Counted from the stretch's first letter, positions 37,657 through 48,839 are shown. The stretch is 64,000 bases of DNA from Patescibacteria group bacterium (GCA_038064195.1 JBBTTO010000003.1:43029-107028), one strand, 5' to 3'. Notes: generated from the letters alone by a model not told the origin. Translations and numbers: made by a program.

Positions 37657-38485
37657 GTTCAGGGTAGCCGTTCAAAAATTCCTTTACTGTAACAATATTT
37701 TTCCCCTCCATCTGTATTTTCCCTTCAGGATAGAGCTTCACTATTTTTTCTTCGCTATCTCTGATTTTTACTTTCGTCCAGGCTGTCGGCCAGGGATAAT
37801 AAGCTCGTATCATACGATCAAGTACCTCAGGTGAGGGAGGACTATCTGTTGTGAAATATCCATCCTCTTTTTTTATCTTTTGGCAATACGTTGCCTCCGC
37901 CTCATTTTGTTCTTTGGGTGTTAATTTGCCGTCAATATATTCTGAGATGATATCTGGAAGTTTTTCAGCCGCATCTTTGAAAAGGAGGTGATGGAGTGTG
38001 GCGTAGGTATCAGTAGGGGCGATTGGTTTTTCCCACTGACTCAAAATTGGGCCGTGATCCATCTTCTCATCCATTTTGATGATTGAAACTCCTGTTAGAC
38101 TGTCGCCATTTATAAGCGCATTTTGGATTGGGGAGGTTCCTCTGTATTTGGGGAGGAGTGAAGGATGCACATTGAGTGATCCATGTGGTGGCAAATTAAT
38201 AATCTTCAAGGGGATAATCCTGCCATAAGCAGCGACGACAAAAAGATCTGGATTGAGAGAGCTTAATTGTTTAATTGTTTGATTGTTAAATTGTTCAAAG
38301 GTAAAGATAGGCAGGGAGTGGTCTGTTGCAAATTTTTTAACAGGTGAGGGAGTAAGTATTTTTTTATGACTATCTAAGCTGTCGGGAGCTGTGACTATAC
38401 CGACCAGCTCAAACGTATCAAAGAGGTTTTGGACGATAGGCACGACAAAATCCGGTGTGCCAAAGAAAACTATTCGCGGTTTCAT
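37622..38485 (-). CDS. fmt: Methionyl-tRNA formyltransferase
   Basis: MKPRIVFFGTPDF... and HPSLLPKYRGTSPIQNALINGD (formyltransferase active-site region). It lies downstream of def. Confidence 0.9.
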   Translation of the reverse strand: MKPRIVFFGTPDFVVPIVQNLFDTFELVGIVTAPDSLDSHKKILTPSPVKKFATDHSLPIFTFEQFNNQTIKQLSSLNPDLFVVAAYGRIIPLKIINLPPHGSLNVHPSLLPKYRGTSPIQNALINGDSLTGVSIIKMDEKMDHGPILSQWEKPIAPTDTYATLHHLLFKDAAEKLPDIISEYIDGKLTPKEQNEAEATYCQKIKKEDGYFTTDSPPSPEVLDRMIRAYYPWPTAWTKVKIRDSEEKIVKLYPEGKIQMEGKNIVTVKEFLNGYPELKQLLERLLPQ

Positions 38486-39042
38486 AGACTTATCTCTTCA
38501 AACTCTGTCTCGCCCTTGGCGTCCTTGACTGATTTATAGAGCTTGCCTTTTTGTTCCAGGACACGACGCGGGAAAAGAATTCCCTGCAGATGATCATACT
38601 CGTGTTGGATGATCGTTGCCAAAAACCCGTCAAAATGTTTGGTATGAGATTTACCCGTCGCGTCCTGATAGGTCAGGCCAATTTCAGGGTAACGATTCAC
38701 AACTCCCCAGACATCCTGCAGGGAGAGGCAGCCTTCGAGTTTGACCTCTTTTTCCTTTCTCCCTTTCTCATTATCTGTCGGCAGCAGTGATTGTCCTTTG
38801 GGGATGGTTAGCTCCGGGTTGATAAAAACCAGCAACGGATCCTTGGGGGACTCTTTAATAATAAATAATTGAAGAGATTTACCAACTTGTGGAGCTGCCA
38901 GGCCGATTCCTTCAGGACTTGTAGCCTTAACGAGCGCATCTGTCATATCATTGATAATATTTTTTATGTCTTTATCAATTTTTCCGATGCGTTTTGCAGG
39001 TGTTGAAAGGACAGATGCCGGGGCTTGAACAATAGATAGCAT
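38482..39042 (-). CDS. def: Peptide deformylase
   Basis: Motifs GIGLAAPQVG, EGCLSL and QHEYDHLQG. Confidence 0.9.
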   Translation of the reverse strand: MLSIVQAPASVLSTPAKRIGKIDKDIKNIINDMTDALVKATSPEGIGLAAPQVGKSLQLFIIKESPKDPLLVFINPELTIPKGQSLLPTDNEKGRKEKEVKLEGCLSLQDVWGVVNRYPEIGLTYQDATGKSHTKHFDGFLATIIQHEYDHLQGILFPRRVLEQKGKLYKSVKDAKGETEFEEISL

Positions 39043-39090
39043 AGCTTAGGATTATACCCAAAATACATGAGTCATACAAGAAATAAGGAA

Positions 39091-41358
39091 TTATTTGACC
39101 TTGATACCCCATTCGTCAAGCATTTTTTTGGCCTCAGTGTCATGGCTGAAATTTTCATACTGGAAGGTAAGGTCAGCTATTGCTTTATTTTGGTAATCGC
39201 TTTTTTTAGCAAATTCAGTCGCATTTTCTGAGAGCTGATGATAGAAAATCCCACGGGCGTAATAGGCATCGCGGTAATTAGGTTTCATTCTCAGTGTATT
39301 GTCAAGTTCTTTAACCGCATTTTCAAATTGATTATTCTGGCCATACATAATGGCTACATTGTAGGAGATCTTAGCATCAGTCGGAGCTAATTTTTTCGCA
39401 TGGAGAATCCCCTCAAGTGCTTTGGGGAAGTAGTGCGGATCTACCTGTCCCAGGGCATAGAAAACACGAACACGTGATTTCCAAAAGACTACATTATTGG
39501 GATGATGCATAACAACGTCATCACTGAGTGCGATAGCTTGTTGAGCCAGTTCACCGGCAGTTGTGGCATTATTATTTTGTGCGAAGGCTATTGCCAACGT
39601 GCCGAGGTTGGTTGAGAGCTCGTCTTTAAAAGTAGGTTCTGCCTGACGGATTTTCACAGCTTCAGCCAGATTTGGATACGCTGCCTGATATTCACCCGCG
39701 CGATCCAAATTCATACCGAGGGCATATGCCACATCTGCCTGCCAAAAACGGATCAGCTGGAAGATAAAAATCCCTCCAATCAGGATTACTCCGACAAGGA
39801 CTGTCCATTGATAGGAGTTAAGACGATTTTGAGCGTGTTTGGCCGGAGTAGAAAAGGAATAATGATAGTTTTTTTCAGGATTAAGCATGCCGTTGAAAAT
39901 AAAAAACCACGCAGGCAGGAAGTAAAGAAAGATATTGATTATGACAACTGAAAAACCGAAGAAATTAGAAATGATAATACTGATAAATGCAGCCGGCAAT
40001 GCCGCAGCATAAAAAACACCTTCTTCAAGTCGCAGTTCTTTTCTCTCGCTTTTTACTTTTCGGATACGTAACGCGGCAAAAATAAGAAAGCCCGCCAAAA
40101 GTAATAGATGAGTTCCAAGTCCGACAATACCGGTCGTCGTCAGGTAGTTAAGGTATTCATTATGTGCTTTGTTGTATAAATAATCCCATTCGGAAGTCAT
40201 ATTGTGCTGTTGAGGCCGGTGTTGATAATAGGCAAAAGCAAATGTCTCAACCCCCGTGCCGAAGATCGGATGGGCCTTCCAGGCATCAAGTGCGCCTTTC
40301 CAAACGAGGAGACGAATATCTCCGGAGTCGGTAATACCGGTATCAAGCAGGCCCTGCCCGGCCGGTCGGGGAGAGGGAGTCGGTGTGACAGGGGAGGCTT
40401 CCCCCGGCACCGTTGCCGGGGCAGGATTGGAGTGACTGATTAAGGATTTCAGAGAGAGTCTTTCCAGTTGAGGGATAGGGCTGCCGCTGATAAAGTTCAC
40501 GCCAAGGAAGAGGATATTAAAGAGGGCAGCGTATATGAAAAGCTTTTTAAGGGGAAAAAGACGAAGGACAAGAATAGTCAGCCAGAAAATTCCATTTGCT
40601 GCCCAAAAGGCCATAAAGCCCCCTCTGGTATCGGTATAAATGAGATCAAAATAAAAAAGGAGAGAAAGAATAACCAGTCCGACTATTTTATAATTTTTTA
40701 CTGCATCGGTTAGGTTTTTGATATTATTTTTTTCAATACGCCACAGAGTCAAGGCCATCGTCATCGGGAGAAGTACGGCTAAATAAGCTGCCATCCAGGC
40801 AGGCTGTCCAAGGCTTGAAAAAATACGGATAGTCGGTTTAAATGCATCAGTCCAACACGATGTATCCAGTGTTCCTCTAAAGAGGAGACAGGTTGGATCA
40901 TAGCCAAAATGAGACGGCCATCCCCATAGAGCTACAAAGATTGCGCCGAGAACAGTTACGAGAAAATACTTTTTTGCCCGAACAAGTGTCGTATTGGAGA
41001 CGAATGCATAATAAAGGAGTGTATAGGAAAGAAGCGAGAGAAATCCGCCGTTAAAGCGGGAGTAATATCCCCAAAAAGACATGCGTGAATCCAAAGAGAA
41101 AATAGTTGAAATAAGCTGTGACAGGAGAAAAAGAAGAATCGGGATATCAAGCGGTGTGCGTTGAATAACGAATTCTCGTTGAACAGTCATTTTGATAATC
41201 CAGGATCCGATGATAATTACTGTCAGCCCCCAGGTGAGCCACATTTTATTGAGTTCAAAAAGTTCTGAGGTGTTGCTGGTAAAGAAAAGCGGGACGAAAA
41301 AGAGAAGGGTATAAAATGACCAATGGATTAATTTATCACAGAACTGACTTATGAGCAT
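39091..41358 (-). CDS. Polytopic membrane protein with a Wzy_C (O-antigen ligase/polymerase-like) domain and C-terminal TPR repeats
   Basis: EWDYLYNKAHNEYLNYLTTTGIVGLG and LLVWKGALDAWKAHPIFGTGVETF match the WaaL/Wzy_C signature. More than 10 TM helices. The C-terminal 250 aa are TPR-like (AxxAxxY repeats). Confidence 0.6.
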   Translation of the reverse strand: MLISQFCDKLIHWSFYTLLFFVPLFFTSNTSELFELNKMWLTWGLTVIIIGSWIIKMTVQREFVIQRTPLDIPILLFLLSQLISTIFSLDSRMSFWGYYSRFNGGFLSLLSYTLLYYAFVSNTTLVRAKKYFLVTVLGAIFVALWGWPSHFGYDPTCLLFRGTLDTSCWTDAFKPTIRIFSSLGQPAWMAAYLAVLLPMTMALTLWRIEKNNIKNLTDAVKNYKIVGLVILSLLFYFDLIYTDTRGGFMAFWAANGIFWLTILVLRLFPLKKLFIYAALFNILFLGVNFISGSPIPQLERLSLKSLISHSNPAPATVPGEASPVTPTPSPRPAGQGLLDTGITDSGDIRLLVWKGALDAWKAHPIFGTGVETFAFAYYQHRPQQHNMTSEWDYLYNKAHNEYLNYLTTTGIVGLGTHLLLLAGFLIFAALRIRKVKSERKELRLEEGVFYAAALPAAFISIIISNFFGFSVVIINIFLYFLPAWFFIFNGMLNPEKNYHYSFSTPAKHAQNRLNSYQWTVLVGVILIGGIFIFQLIRFWQADVAYALGMNLDRAGEYQAAYPNLAEAVKIRQAEPTFKDELSTNLGTLAIAFAQNNNATTAGELAQQAIALSDDVVMHHPNNVVFWKSRVRVFYALGQVDPHYFPKALEGILHAKKLAPTDAKISYNVAIMYGQNNQFENAVKELDNTLRMKPNYRDAYYARGIFYHQLSENATEFAKKSDYQNKAIADLTFQYENFSHDTEAKKMLDEWGIKVK

Positions 41359-41540
41359 TGTTATCGGTTTTCAGGTTTCAGTTGTCAGAAAATAGTTTAT
41401 CGGTTTTCGGTTGATCGGACTGAAAAACAGGCATCCGATAAACTTCAATCAGAAAACTGACAACGGAGAACTGATAACTGAAATTTATCCTATCATATTG
41501 GCAAAGCACGGGCAAGTTGTTAGAATGGGAGGCATCATAA

Positions 41541-42662
41541 ATGTTCAATAAACTTTTTTCACTTTTTTCTCATGATATCGGAATCGATTTAGGAACAGCT
41601 AATACCCTGGTCTATGTTAAAGGCAAGGGGATTGTGATTCGTGAGCCATCAGTTGTCGCGATGCGCAAGCGTACTAAGCAGGTCATAGCAATAGGAACCG
41701 AGGCCAAGCAAATGGTCGGGAAGACTCCGGCAAGTATTATCACCATTCGTCCGCTGAGAGCGGGAGTCATCTCAGACTTTGATGCGACTGAGGCGATGAT
41801 CTCACATTATATTAAGCAAGTGCATGAGCTCGGCGGTCCTCTTCAATCATTTTTGGCCCGCCCGCGTGTCGTGATCGGGATACCCTCCTCTGTTACCGAA
41901 GTGCAACGTCGTGCTGTCTGGGAAGCAACCCTCTCAAGTGGCGCACGGGAAGCATTTTTAATTGAAGAACCGATGGCTGCTGCTATCGGGGAGGGGATAT
42001 CGGTTTCATCCTCAACAGGTGTGATGGTAGTTGATATCGGAGGCGGGACTACTGAGATAGCGGTTATTTCATTGGGAGGAATTGTCGTCAGCCGTTCGCT
42101 TCGGCTGGCGGGAGATGACATGGATCAAGCAATTCTTCATTATGTGCGACTTCGGCATGGGTTGTTATTAGGCGAGAAAACAGTTGAGGATGTCAAAATA
42201 CGCATCGGCAGTGCCTATCAAAAAAACGTAAAGCGTAAAGGACAACCAGTCAAAATAAAAAAAGATGTTGATGAAGATGAGGGAATTTTAGAAGAACATG
42301 GTGAAAAAATGGCAATTGTCAGAGGTCGTGATATCGAGACAGGATTGCCTCGAAGTATCAAGCTTTCAGAATCTGAAATACGTGAGGCTCTCTCTCCGGT
42401 CCTTGCACAGATTGCTCAAGGAATAGCTGATGTCATTGAGGAGGCACCGCCTGAACTTTTGGGTGATATTTTAGAGCGGGGAATTCTGGTTACGGGTGGA
42501 GGGTCAATGTTAGCAGGACTTGATCAGCTGATCGTTGAACGCACCCATATGCCGGTTATTTTGTCTGATGATCCTCTGACCAGTGTCGTACGGGGGACAG
42601 GGAAGGTCTTGGATGATGCTGAGCTACTCGATCGGGTAAAAGTTATCGGGGGACTGAAGTAA
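41541..42662 (+). CDS. mreB: Rod-shape protein MreB (with an about 25-aa charged insertion)
   Basis: DIGIDLGTANTLVYVKGKGIVIREPSVVA, VVDIGGGTTEIAVISLGG and typical actin-fold motifs. Confidence 0.9.
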   Translation: MFNKLFSLFSHDIGIDLGTANTLVYVKGKGIVIREPSVVAMRKRTKQVIAIGTEAKQMVGKTPASIITIRPLRAGVISDFDATEAMISHYIKQVHELGGPLQSFLARPRVVIGIPSSVTEVQRRAVWEATLSSGAREAFLIEEPMAAAIGEGISVSSSTGVMVVDIGGGTTEIAVISLGGIVVSRSLRLAGDDMDQAILHYVRLRHGLLLGEKTVEDVKIRIGSAYQKNVKRKGQPVKIKKDVDEDEGILEEHGEKMAIVRGRDIETGLPRSIKLSESEIREALSPVLAQIAQGIADVIEEAPPELLGDILERGILVTGGGSMLAGLDQLIVERTHMPVILSDDPLTSVVRGTGKVLDDAELLDRVKVIGGLK

Positions 42663-42702
42663 ATTTGGTTTATTATTTCTGAGCCCATGGTACAATAAAC
42701 GC

Positions 42703-43500
42703 ATGTCAAAACGTCGCGGTATTTTCTCTGTCTTCATTTTTTTCTTTATCCTGTCTCTTATCCTTTACGGAATTTCACTAACCTCCGTCGGTCAAGCAGG
42801 AGTAGGACTGACTGAAGTTGCTCTCGCTCCTCTTCAAGAGGGAGTCGCGTCAGTTCTGGCCTTATCAAAAGGAGAGCTCACGCCTCTGCAAAAGCTGGAG
42901 GAAGAAAATAGACTACTCCGCGCGCAGTTGGCAAAGATCAAAGATCAGGAAAAAGAAATTCACGCACTCCAGGATCAATTTAACACACAACAGCCCGTCT
43001 CCAACCAGCTTCTCCCCGCGCGAATTGTCGGATTTAAAGGACTTATCCCCGGTCTTTCAATGCCCGAGCAAATTGTCATTGATAAGGGAGAAAAAGACAA
43101 TGTTCATGTCCAAAATATCGTCGTCTATAAAAACTTTCTGATAGGTAAAATCAGCAGACAAACAGATCACCTGTCTGTTGTTGATTTGTCATTTAAAAAA
43201 GGTTTTTCAATTACCGCCATTACTTCTCCAACAAACGCGATTGGTATTGTCAAAGGACAAGGACAGGGGACACTGCTTTTGGATAATGTTGTTTTGTCTG
43301 AAAATCTGCAGAAAAATGATAGTGTTGTCACGCAGGGCACTACTGATCTGGATGGTAGTGGTGCCGTGCCCGGCCTTGTTATAGGTAAAATTCTCTCAAT
43401 TGATAAAAAACCAAGCAGTCTTTTCCAGACCGCCAAATTGCAGCCTTTTTTTGATATCAATCACCTGACAACTGTCTTTATCATCAAGCCCGCTTTGTAA
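42703..43500 (+). CDS. mreC: Rod-shape protein MreC
   Basis: N-terminal TM helix, coiled coil (LEEENRLLRAQLAKIKDQEKEIHALQDQ), a beta-rich C-terminus, and its position after mreB. Confidence 0.7.
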   Translation: MSKRRGIFSVFIFFFILSLILYGISLTSVGQAGVGLTEVALAPLQEGVASVLALSKGELTPLQKLEEENRLLRAQLAKIKDQEKEIHALQDQFNTQQPVSNQLLPARIVGFKGLIPGLSMPEQIVIDKGEKDNVHVQNIVVYKNFLIGKISRQTDHLSVVDLSFKKGFSITAITSPTNAIGIVKGQGQGTLLLDNVVLSENLQKNDSVVTQGTTDLDGSGAVPGLVIGKILSIDKKPSSLFQTAKLQPFFDINHLTTVFIIKPAL

Positions 43501-43501
43501 A

Positions 43502-43927
43502 ATGGAAAAAGTACTCATAGGACTACTTATTATTGCCGTTGTTCTCCAGGGGACTGTGACCTCTTTACCACTTGTCCTGCTCATTCTTATTTTACTGGCC
43601 GTAAAGATGCGGTCCCCGAATGTCTTTCTTCTGGCATTTGTAAGCGGGATGGTGCTTGATATTATTCTTGTACATCCACCGGGTGTATCAAGTATTTTTT
43701 TTCTGAGTGTTCTTCTGGTGATTTTTCTTTATGAACGGAAATATGAATTGTCATCGCTGATTTTTGTTTTGAGTATCACCGCGGTCATGAGTCTGATATC
43801 AAGTTTTCTGTTCCCGACACCTCAGCGATTTCTCCAGGTGATTTTGGCGATAGTCATAAATGGAATGGTATTCAGTTTGATTGAATTTTTAACGGTAAGC
43901 CAAAAAAAGGAATATCGAAGGGCATGA
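43502..43927 (+). CDS. mreD: MreD-like small polytopic membrane protein
   Basis: 141 aa, 4-5 TM helices. Placed by synteny between mreC and PBP2. Confidence 0.5.
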   Translation: MEKVLIGLLIIAVVLQGTVTSLPLVLLILILLAVKMRSPNVFLLAFVSGMVLDIILVHPPGVSSIFFLSVLLVIFLYERKYELSSLIFVLSITAVMSLISSFLFPTPQRFLQVILAIVINGMVFSLIEFLTVSQKKEYRRA

Positions 43928-45693
43928 AACACGGAATTGCTTTTGCCGACTCTATCAGAACAGAAAAGATAAAAAGACGCTATCGTCCTGATGAAAATCC
44001 TCCTGAAATGCGGGGGCGTGTGTTATTTGTCCTTTTGGCAGCAGCAGTCATCATTCTTTTTTTAAAATTAATTTCTTTGCAGATTATCAAGGGGTCATAT
44101 TATCGTAACCTCTCAGACTCCAATCGTATCCGTACCAAGATTATCTATGCTCCACGGGGAGTACTTTTTGACCGGAACGGAATCCCTCTTGTCTATAATC
44201 TACCCGGATTCCGTCAAACAGAAGGAACAAAGACGACACTGCTTGATCGAGACAAAGCACTCGATCTTATCGCCAAAGGCACGCCGGATATTTCAATTGA
44301 TTCATTGAGGCACTATCCGTATAAAGACGCTTTAGCACACATCATCGGCTATCTGGGGCAGATTACAGCAAGTGATTTGAAATCCCCCCGCTATACGGAG
44401 TACGCACTTACCGATCTGATCGGTAAGTCAGGTCTTGAATATCAATATGAGAACTTCCTGCGAGGTGTAAACGGTAAACAACTGCTTGAAGTTGATGCGA
44501 CAGGTAAGGAAGTGAGAGTCCTCGGACAGACAGATCCCATCCCGGGGCAAAATTTAGCACTTACAATTGACGCAAAATTACAGCAGGCAGCATATGACGC
44601 GATGAATGGTGTAAAAGCAGGAGCTGTTGTCATTTCAACTCCTGACGGACAGATCCTGAGTCTTATCTCCAAGCCCTCCTTTGACCCCAATCTTTTTACT
44701 ATGGGGGAGTCTTATCAGCGAGGCAGTTCGTCTGCCTCCATTGAAACAGTTTTGACAAGCTCCAGTCAGCCGCTACTTAACCGGGTAATTGATGGAACGT
44801 ATCCGCCGGGATCTACTTTTAAAATAGTTATGGCTGCCGGGGCCTTAGAGAGTCATAAGATTGATGAAAAATATGAATTTGATGATAAGGGCAAATTGAC
44901 GATCGGCCCGTATTCATACAGTAACTGGTATTTTACTCAGTATGGGAGGGCAGAGGGAAATATCAATGTCGTACGGGCCCTTACGCGATCTAACGACACC
45001 TTTTTCTATGAGTTAGCAGATAAAATCGGGCTTTCAACAATTGTTAATTATGCTTCCAAAATGGGGGTTGGGAAAAGATTAGGTATTGATTTGCCCGGTG
45101 AAACAGCAGGAGTACTGCCGGATGCGCAATGGAAGCGGGAAAATATCGGTGAGGACTGGTATACGGGGGATACATATATCTATGGCATCGGGCAGGGGTA
45201 CTTGTTGACAACACCCTTACAAGTTAACGCCTGGACCCAGGTGATTGCTAACGGCGGAACACTGTATACACCCCGTCTTCTCAAAAATACGAGGCCACAA
45301 GTATTGACACAAAAATTTCTCTCAGATAAGACAGTTGATCTGGTCAGACAGGGTATGATCGGTGCCTGTGATCTCGGTGGTACCGCCTGGCCACTTTTTA
45401 ATTTTAAAGTGCAAAATACAAAAATCAAAGATGATGGAAAAAATTTCTTACCAGCACCTGAGGCCACAGTATCAGGCGGATTAAAAGATTATCATCACGT
45501 GGTGATAGCTTGTAAAACCGGGACAGCCGAGCATGGAGACGCTACAACCGAACCTCATGCATGGCTTACCTTGTTTGCACCCGCCTACGATCCGCAAATT
45601 GTCGTAACCGTTCTTAATGAGTCAAGCGGGGAGGGATCAAATGAGGCAGGTCCTGTCGTCAAAAAGATTCTGGAAGCGTATTTCTCCAGGTAA
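43924..45693 (+). CDS. mrdA: Penicillin-binding protein 2 (class B transpeptidase)
   Basis: Active-site motifs STFK, SND and KTGTA. N-terminal TM anchor. Follows mreBCD. Confidence 0.85.
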   Translation: MKHGIAFADSIRTEKIKRRYRPDENPPEMRGRVLFVLLAAAVIILFLKLISLQIIKGSYYRNLSDSNRIRTKIIYAPRGVLFDRNGIPLVYNLPGFRQTEGTKTTLLDRDKALDLIAKGTPDISIDSLRHYPYKDALAHIIGYLGQITASDLKSPRYTEYALTDLIGKSGLEYQYENFLRGVNGKQLLEVDATGKEVRVLGQTDPIPGQNLALTIDAKLQQAAYDAMNGVKAGAVVISTPDGQILSLISKPSFDPNLFTMGESYQRGSSSASIETVLTSSSQPLLNRVIDGTYPPGSTFKIVMAAGALESHKIDEKYEFDDKGKLTIGPYSYSNWYFTQYGRAEGNINVVRALTRSNDTFFYELADKIGLSTIVNYASKMGVGKRLGIDLPGETAGVLPDAQWKRENIGEDWYTGDTYIYGIGQGYLLTTPLQVNAWTQVIANGGTLYTPRLLKNTRPQVLTQKFLSDKTVDLVRQGMIGACDLGGTAWPLFNFKVQNTKIKDDGKNFLPAPEATVSGGLKDYHHVVIACKTGTAEHGDATTEPHAWLTLFAPAYDPQIVVTVLNESSGEGSNEAGPVVKKILEAYFSR

Positions 45694-45985
45694 ATTATTT
45701 ATTCTTCGTATCGTTAGCAGTAGTCCTGATGGCGTCTTACACTGTTGTCTGATTGATCTGATTGACAGCTTCATAAACATCAACAATTGCGATAACAGAC
45801 TTCTTAGGGTCAATAATATGGAAATAGTTAACAGCTGTTATATCAATTTAAACGTTATCTTTTGTTATAATTTTTTGTTCAGGGATTTCTTGGGTCACTG
45901 TACGAAGAGATACCTTAGCCATTAGTGTAAAAAAGAGTATAAAAAGCGATAATCAAACAGGAGTTATACTTCCCGTACTATATAC

Positions 45986-47116
45986 TTGAGGTACGGAGAG
46001 ATTACTAATGGTCATATCGCTATGAGTGAAAGAGATTACTGGTTAGGATTTTCATTGTGTGAGGGGATCGGGCCTAAGCGTTTTGATCAGCTTTTAAAAG
46101 CTTTCGGTTCAGCCAAAGACGCGTGGCACGCGAGTGAAGCAGATATCGTGGGAGTTATCGGTCGTGTTTTTGCTGTAAAGGTCGCAGCCTTTCGATCAAC
46201 ATTTGATGGAGACACTTACCTAAAGAAACTGGAGAAAGCCAAGGCGTGGTTTGTAATACTAAATGAAGACAGCTATCCGGAACTTCTCAACAGAAGTCAT
46301 AATCCTCCTTTCGTGCTTTTCGGGATTGGTAGTAAAGATTTACTGCGCCACTCCCAGACAATCGGTATAGTCGGTACTCGTAAAGTCACAACGTACGGCA
46401 GGCAGGTGACTGAGATGATCACCTCAACTCTGGTGCAGGCTGATTACTGTGTGGTGTCAGGGCTTGCAATGGGGGTAGATGCTCTGGCTCATGCCACAGC
46501 ACTGAACAACGGGGGTAAAACAATTGCCGTTCTGGGATGTGGAGTTGATTGTTGTTCTCCTGCGGAGAACTATCAACTTTATAAAGAAATTATTACATCT
46601 GGCAATACGGTTGTTTCGGAATACCCGCTCTCTATGCCGCCGACTCCGGGGTCTTTTCCGTCTCGTAATCGTATCATTGCCGGTTTATCACAAGCAGTCA
46701 TCGTGACCGAAGGAGCAGCTGATAGCGGAGCTCTTATTACTGCTCGTGATTCTTTTACTGATAATCGTCCGGTCTTTGCGGTTCCGGGCCCAATTACTTC
46801 CAGTCTTTCTTCAGGACCGAATTCTCTTTTACAGAAGGGCGGGAAGCTGGTGACAAGCGGAGAAGATATCCTATGTGAACTAGGGGTCAAGGGAGACAAA
46901 AGAGACAAAGGGGTCAAAAGCGGAGCAATAAAGGGTGAGACCAGGGAGGAGCAAAAGGTAATTGATCTTTTGTCGAATGAACTGATGAATTTTGATGAAA
47001 TAGCCAAAAGATTGAAGATGAAGTCTTCTGATATCGGGGTACTTCTTTCGATAATGGAGATGAAAGGATTTATAGTGAGATCTGACAGGGGAGATTATCA
47101 GCTAAAAGCCAGTTGA
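45986..47116 (+). CDS. dprA: DNA processing protein DprA/Smf
   Basis: Rossmann-like IGIVGTRKVTTYGRQVT...VVSGLAMGVDALAHATAL...NRIIAGLSQAVIVTEGAADSGALITA...AVPGPITS, plus a C-terminal winged-helix-like tail. Confidence 0.85.
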   Translation: MRYGEITNGHIAMSERDYWLGFSLCEGIGPKRFDQLLKAFGSAKDAWHASEADIVGVIGRVFAVKVAAFRSTFDGDTYLKKLEKAKAWFVILNEDSYPELLNRSHNPPFVLFGIGSKDLLRHSQTIGIVGTRKVTTYGRQVTEMITSTLVQADYCVVSGLAMGVDALAHATALNNGGKTIAVLGCGVDCCSPAENYQLYKEIITSGNTVVSEYPLSMPPTPGSFPSRNRIIAGLSQAVIVTEGAADSGALITARDSFTDNRPVFAVPGPITSSLSSGPNSLLQKGGKLVTSGEDILCELGVKGDKRDKGVKSGAIKGETREEQKVIDLLSNELMNFDEIAKRLKMKSSDIGVLLSIMEMKGFIVRSDRGDYQLKAS

Positions 47117-47120
47117 GGAT

Positions 47121-48623
47121 TTATTTCACCTGACGGATAATAACACTTATATCTCCGAACCAAAATCTTCCAGCCTCTCCTTTACCCCATTGTGAGACAG
47201 TATCCTGTAGCCAATTCCACTGAAAAAGCCGATCTGATGGATTGTCCTGTACGATAACAAAAAGCTTATCAGGATTATCTTTTACAGGCAGTTTCAAATG
47301 TTTTTGTGTGCCCTCATACCAGAAAAGATAGAGCCACCCCTCCTGTTTCCAATAAGGAATTGTAAATGCTTGAATGGAAAAAGGTCTATTCTCGGCTCTC
47401 TTATAGGTTTCTGCGATTATTTTTTGCTGGTCGCTGTAATAGAAATGAGGCTGATTTGCCTGAAAAAATATATTGCTGTTTGCAGGAATGTTTTTTACAT
47501 AAATAAAAAGATTAAAAAGTATAAGGGCTAGAAATACAGCAAAACCGAGTATTTTATTACGGGTAAAAAGGAGATCCAGGCCGTAAGCAATTGCCAAGAT
47601 GAATGCCGGTAGAAACGGTATGAAGTAATGACTGATCAGATCATGATGCAAAAGAAAAAAGATTATAAAAGGGGTAAAAAGCCAGACAGCAAGTATGGTT
47701 TGGCTGCTGTTTGTGATCGGATGGGTGATCTTCTTTAGGAGTAAAACTGCGAGCAGAATAAAGATAGGGGGCGTAAAAGCCGAAAAAGTCGGTGTCAATA
47801 TCCAGGAGTAGAAATCGACCGCTTTAGCATATATTGATGAGAGTATTATATTCGGTGGTAAGTAATAACCTCGTTTACCCGATGCTAGTTCGAGTAATGA
47901 GTTACTTATGAGAAAGTGATGTTTGAGATCAAAAAGTACGAAATTACCGATAGAAATCAGTCCCAGGATGAATAATGATGGTAATAAAATCTTTAGGGGA
48001 GTAGTCAAAATCCTTTTGTAAAAGATGATAATGAGAAATAGTAGTATTGCCGAGAAAAGTATAAGATTGAGAAACTGACTTTGCACCAGAAGTCCAAATG
48101 ATAGCGCTGATAATAAAAGATAACGGTTATTGCCTTTAAGATACCGTGTAAATGAATAGAAAAAAACACAGACCAAGGGTAGAGCTAGCGGTGGAGATGA
48201 GAGCCAGCGGCTATTAACAATTGCTGAATATGAGACTGTAAAAAGAATGGCGGCCATAAAGCCTACTTGTCTGTTCCATAGTTCCTTCCCCAGTCCGTAA
48301 AGAGGGAAAATACTGAGTGCTTGGATAAGAATAAGGGTAAAAATTACCGCGATGGGGTTACCTCCGGTTGTGGCAAAGGGGACAGCACTTATATAATAGT
48401 AAAGCGGTCCGTGAAAAACTCCCGGGATATCGGTTTTGGATCCGATGAGTGTGAGCTTGTGCCCCGTGGCGATATCGCGAATGACAGTAAAATCAATTCC
48501 CTGCTCAGGCCCGAAAAATAAGTGCTGCGGGATAAGATAAAAGCGAAGCGTGAAAGCTATAGTAGCAAGAAGAAGCAGTAGGGGGACAGTTTGGGAGGAG
48601 AGAGATATTTTTTTTGTTTTCAT
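47121..48623 (-). CDS. Polytopic membrane protein, GT-C fold glycosyltransferase-like (ArnT/PMT family-like)
   Basis: 500 aa with about 12 TM helices and an N-terminal periplasmic loop. The family assignment is by architecture only. Confidence 0.4.
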   Translation of the reverse strand: MKTKKISLSSQTVPLLLLLATIAFTLRFYLIPQHLFFGPEQGIDFTVIRDIATGHKLTLIGSKTDIPGVFHGPLYYYISAVPFATTGGNPIAVIFTLILIQALSIFPLYGLGKELWNRQVGFMAAILFTVSYSAIVNSRWLSSPPLALPLVCVFFYSFTRYLKGNNRYLLLSALSFGLLVQSQFLNLILFSAILLFLIIIFYKRILTTPLKILLPSLFILGLISIGNFVLFDLKHHFLISNSLLELASGKRGYYLPPNIILSSIYAKAVDFYSWILTPTFSAFTPPIFILLAVLLLKKITHPITNSSQTILAVWLFTPFIIFFLLHHDLISHYFIPFLPAFILAIAYGLDLLFTRNKILGFAVFLALILFNLFIYVKNIPANSNIFFQANQPHFYYSDQQKIIAETYKRAENRPFSIQAFTIPYWKQEGWLYLFWYEGTQKHLKLPVKDNPDKLFVIVQDNPSDRLFQWNWLQDTVSQWGKGEAGRFWFGDISVIIRQVK

Positions 48624-48839
48624 TAAGAATTATCGGATTATTTATACTCTACCATAGGACAGAAATCTTGAGAAGTAAAGAAAAATAGTGATAGTCGGCT
48701 TGACCCGATTCAATCGGGGTTGACAGGAGCTGTATAATAGTGACTACAATTAATATCTGCTTAAATGTCATCCCGAACTTGTTTCGGGATCTTTATTGAA
48801 AGAGATGCTGAAATAAATTCAGCATGACATAATAGTTCT

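Noticed and set aside
45617-45925. 102-aa ORF overlapping the 3' end of the PBP2 gene and the intergenic spacer before dprA
   Set aside because: It overlaps the well-supported mrdA frame. The remainder is AT-rich spacer. A hand check for a small minus-strand gene in the spacer gave only a 24-codon ORF.
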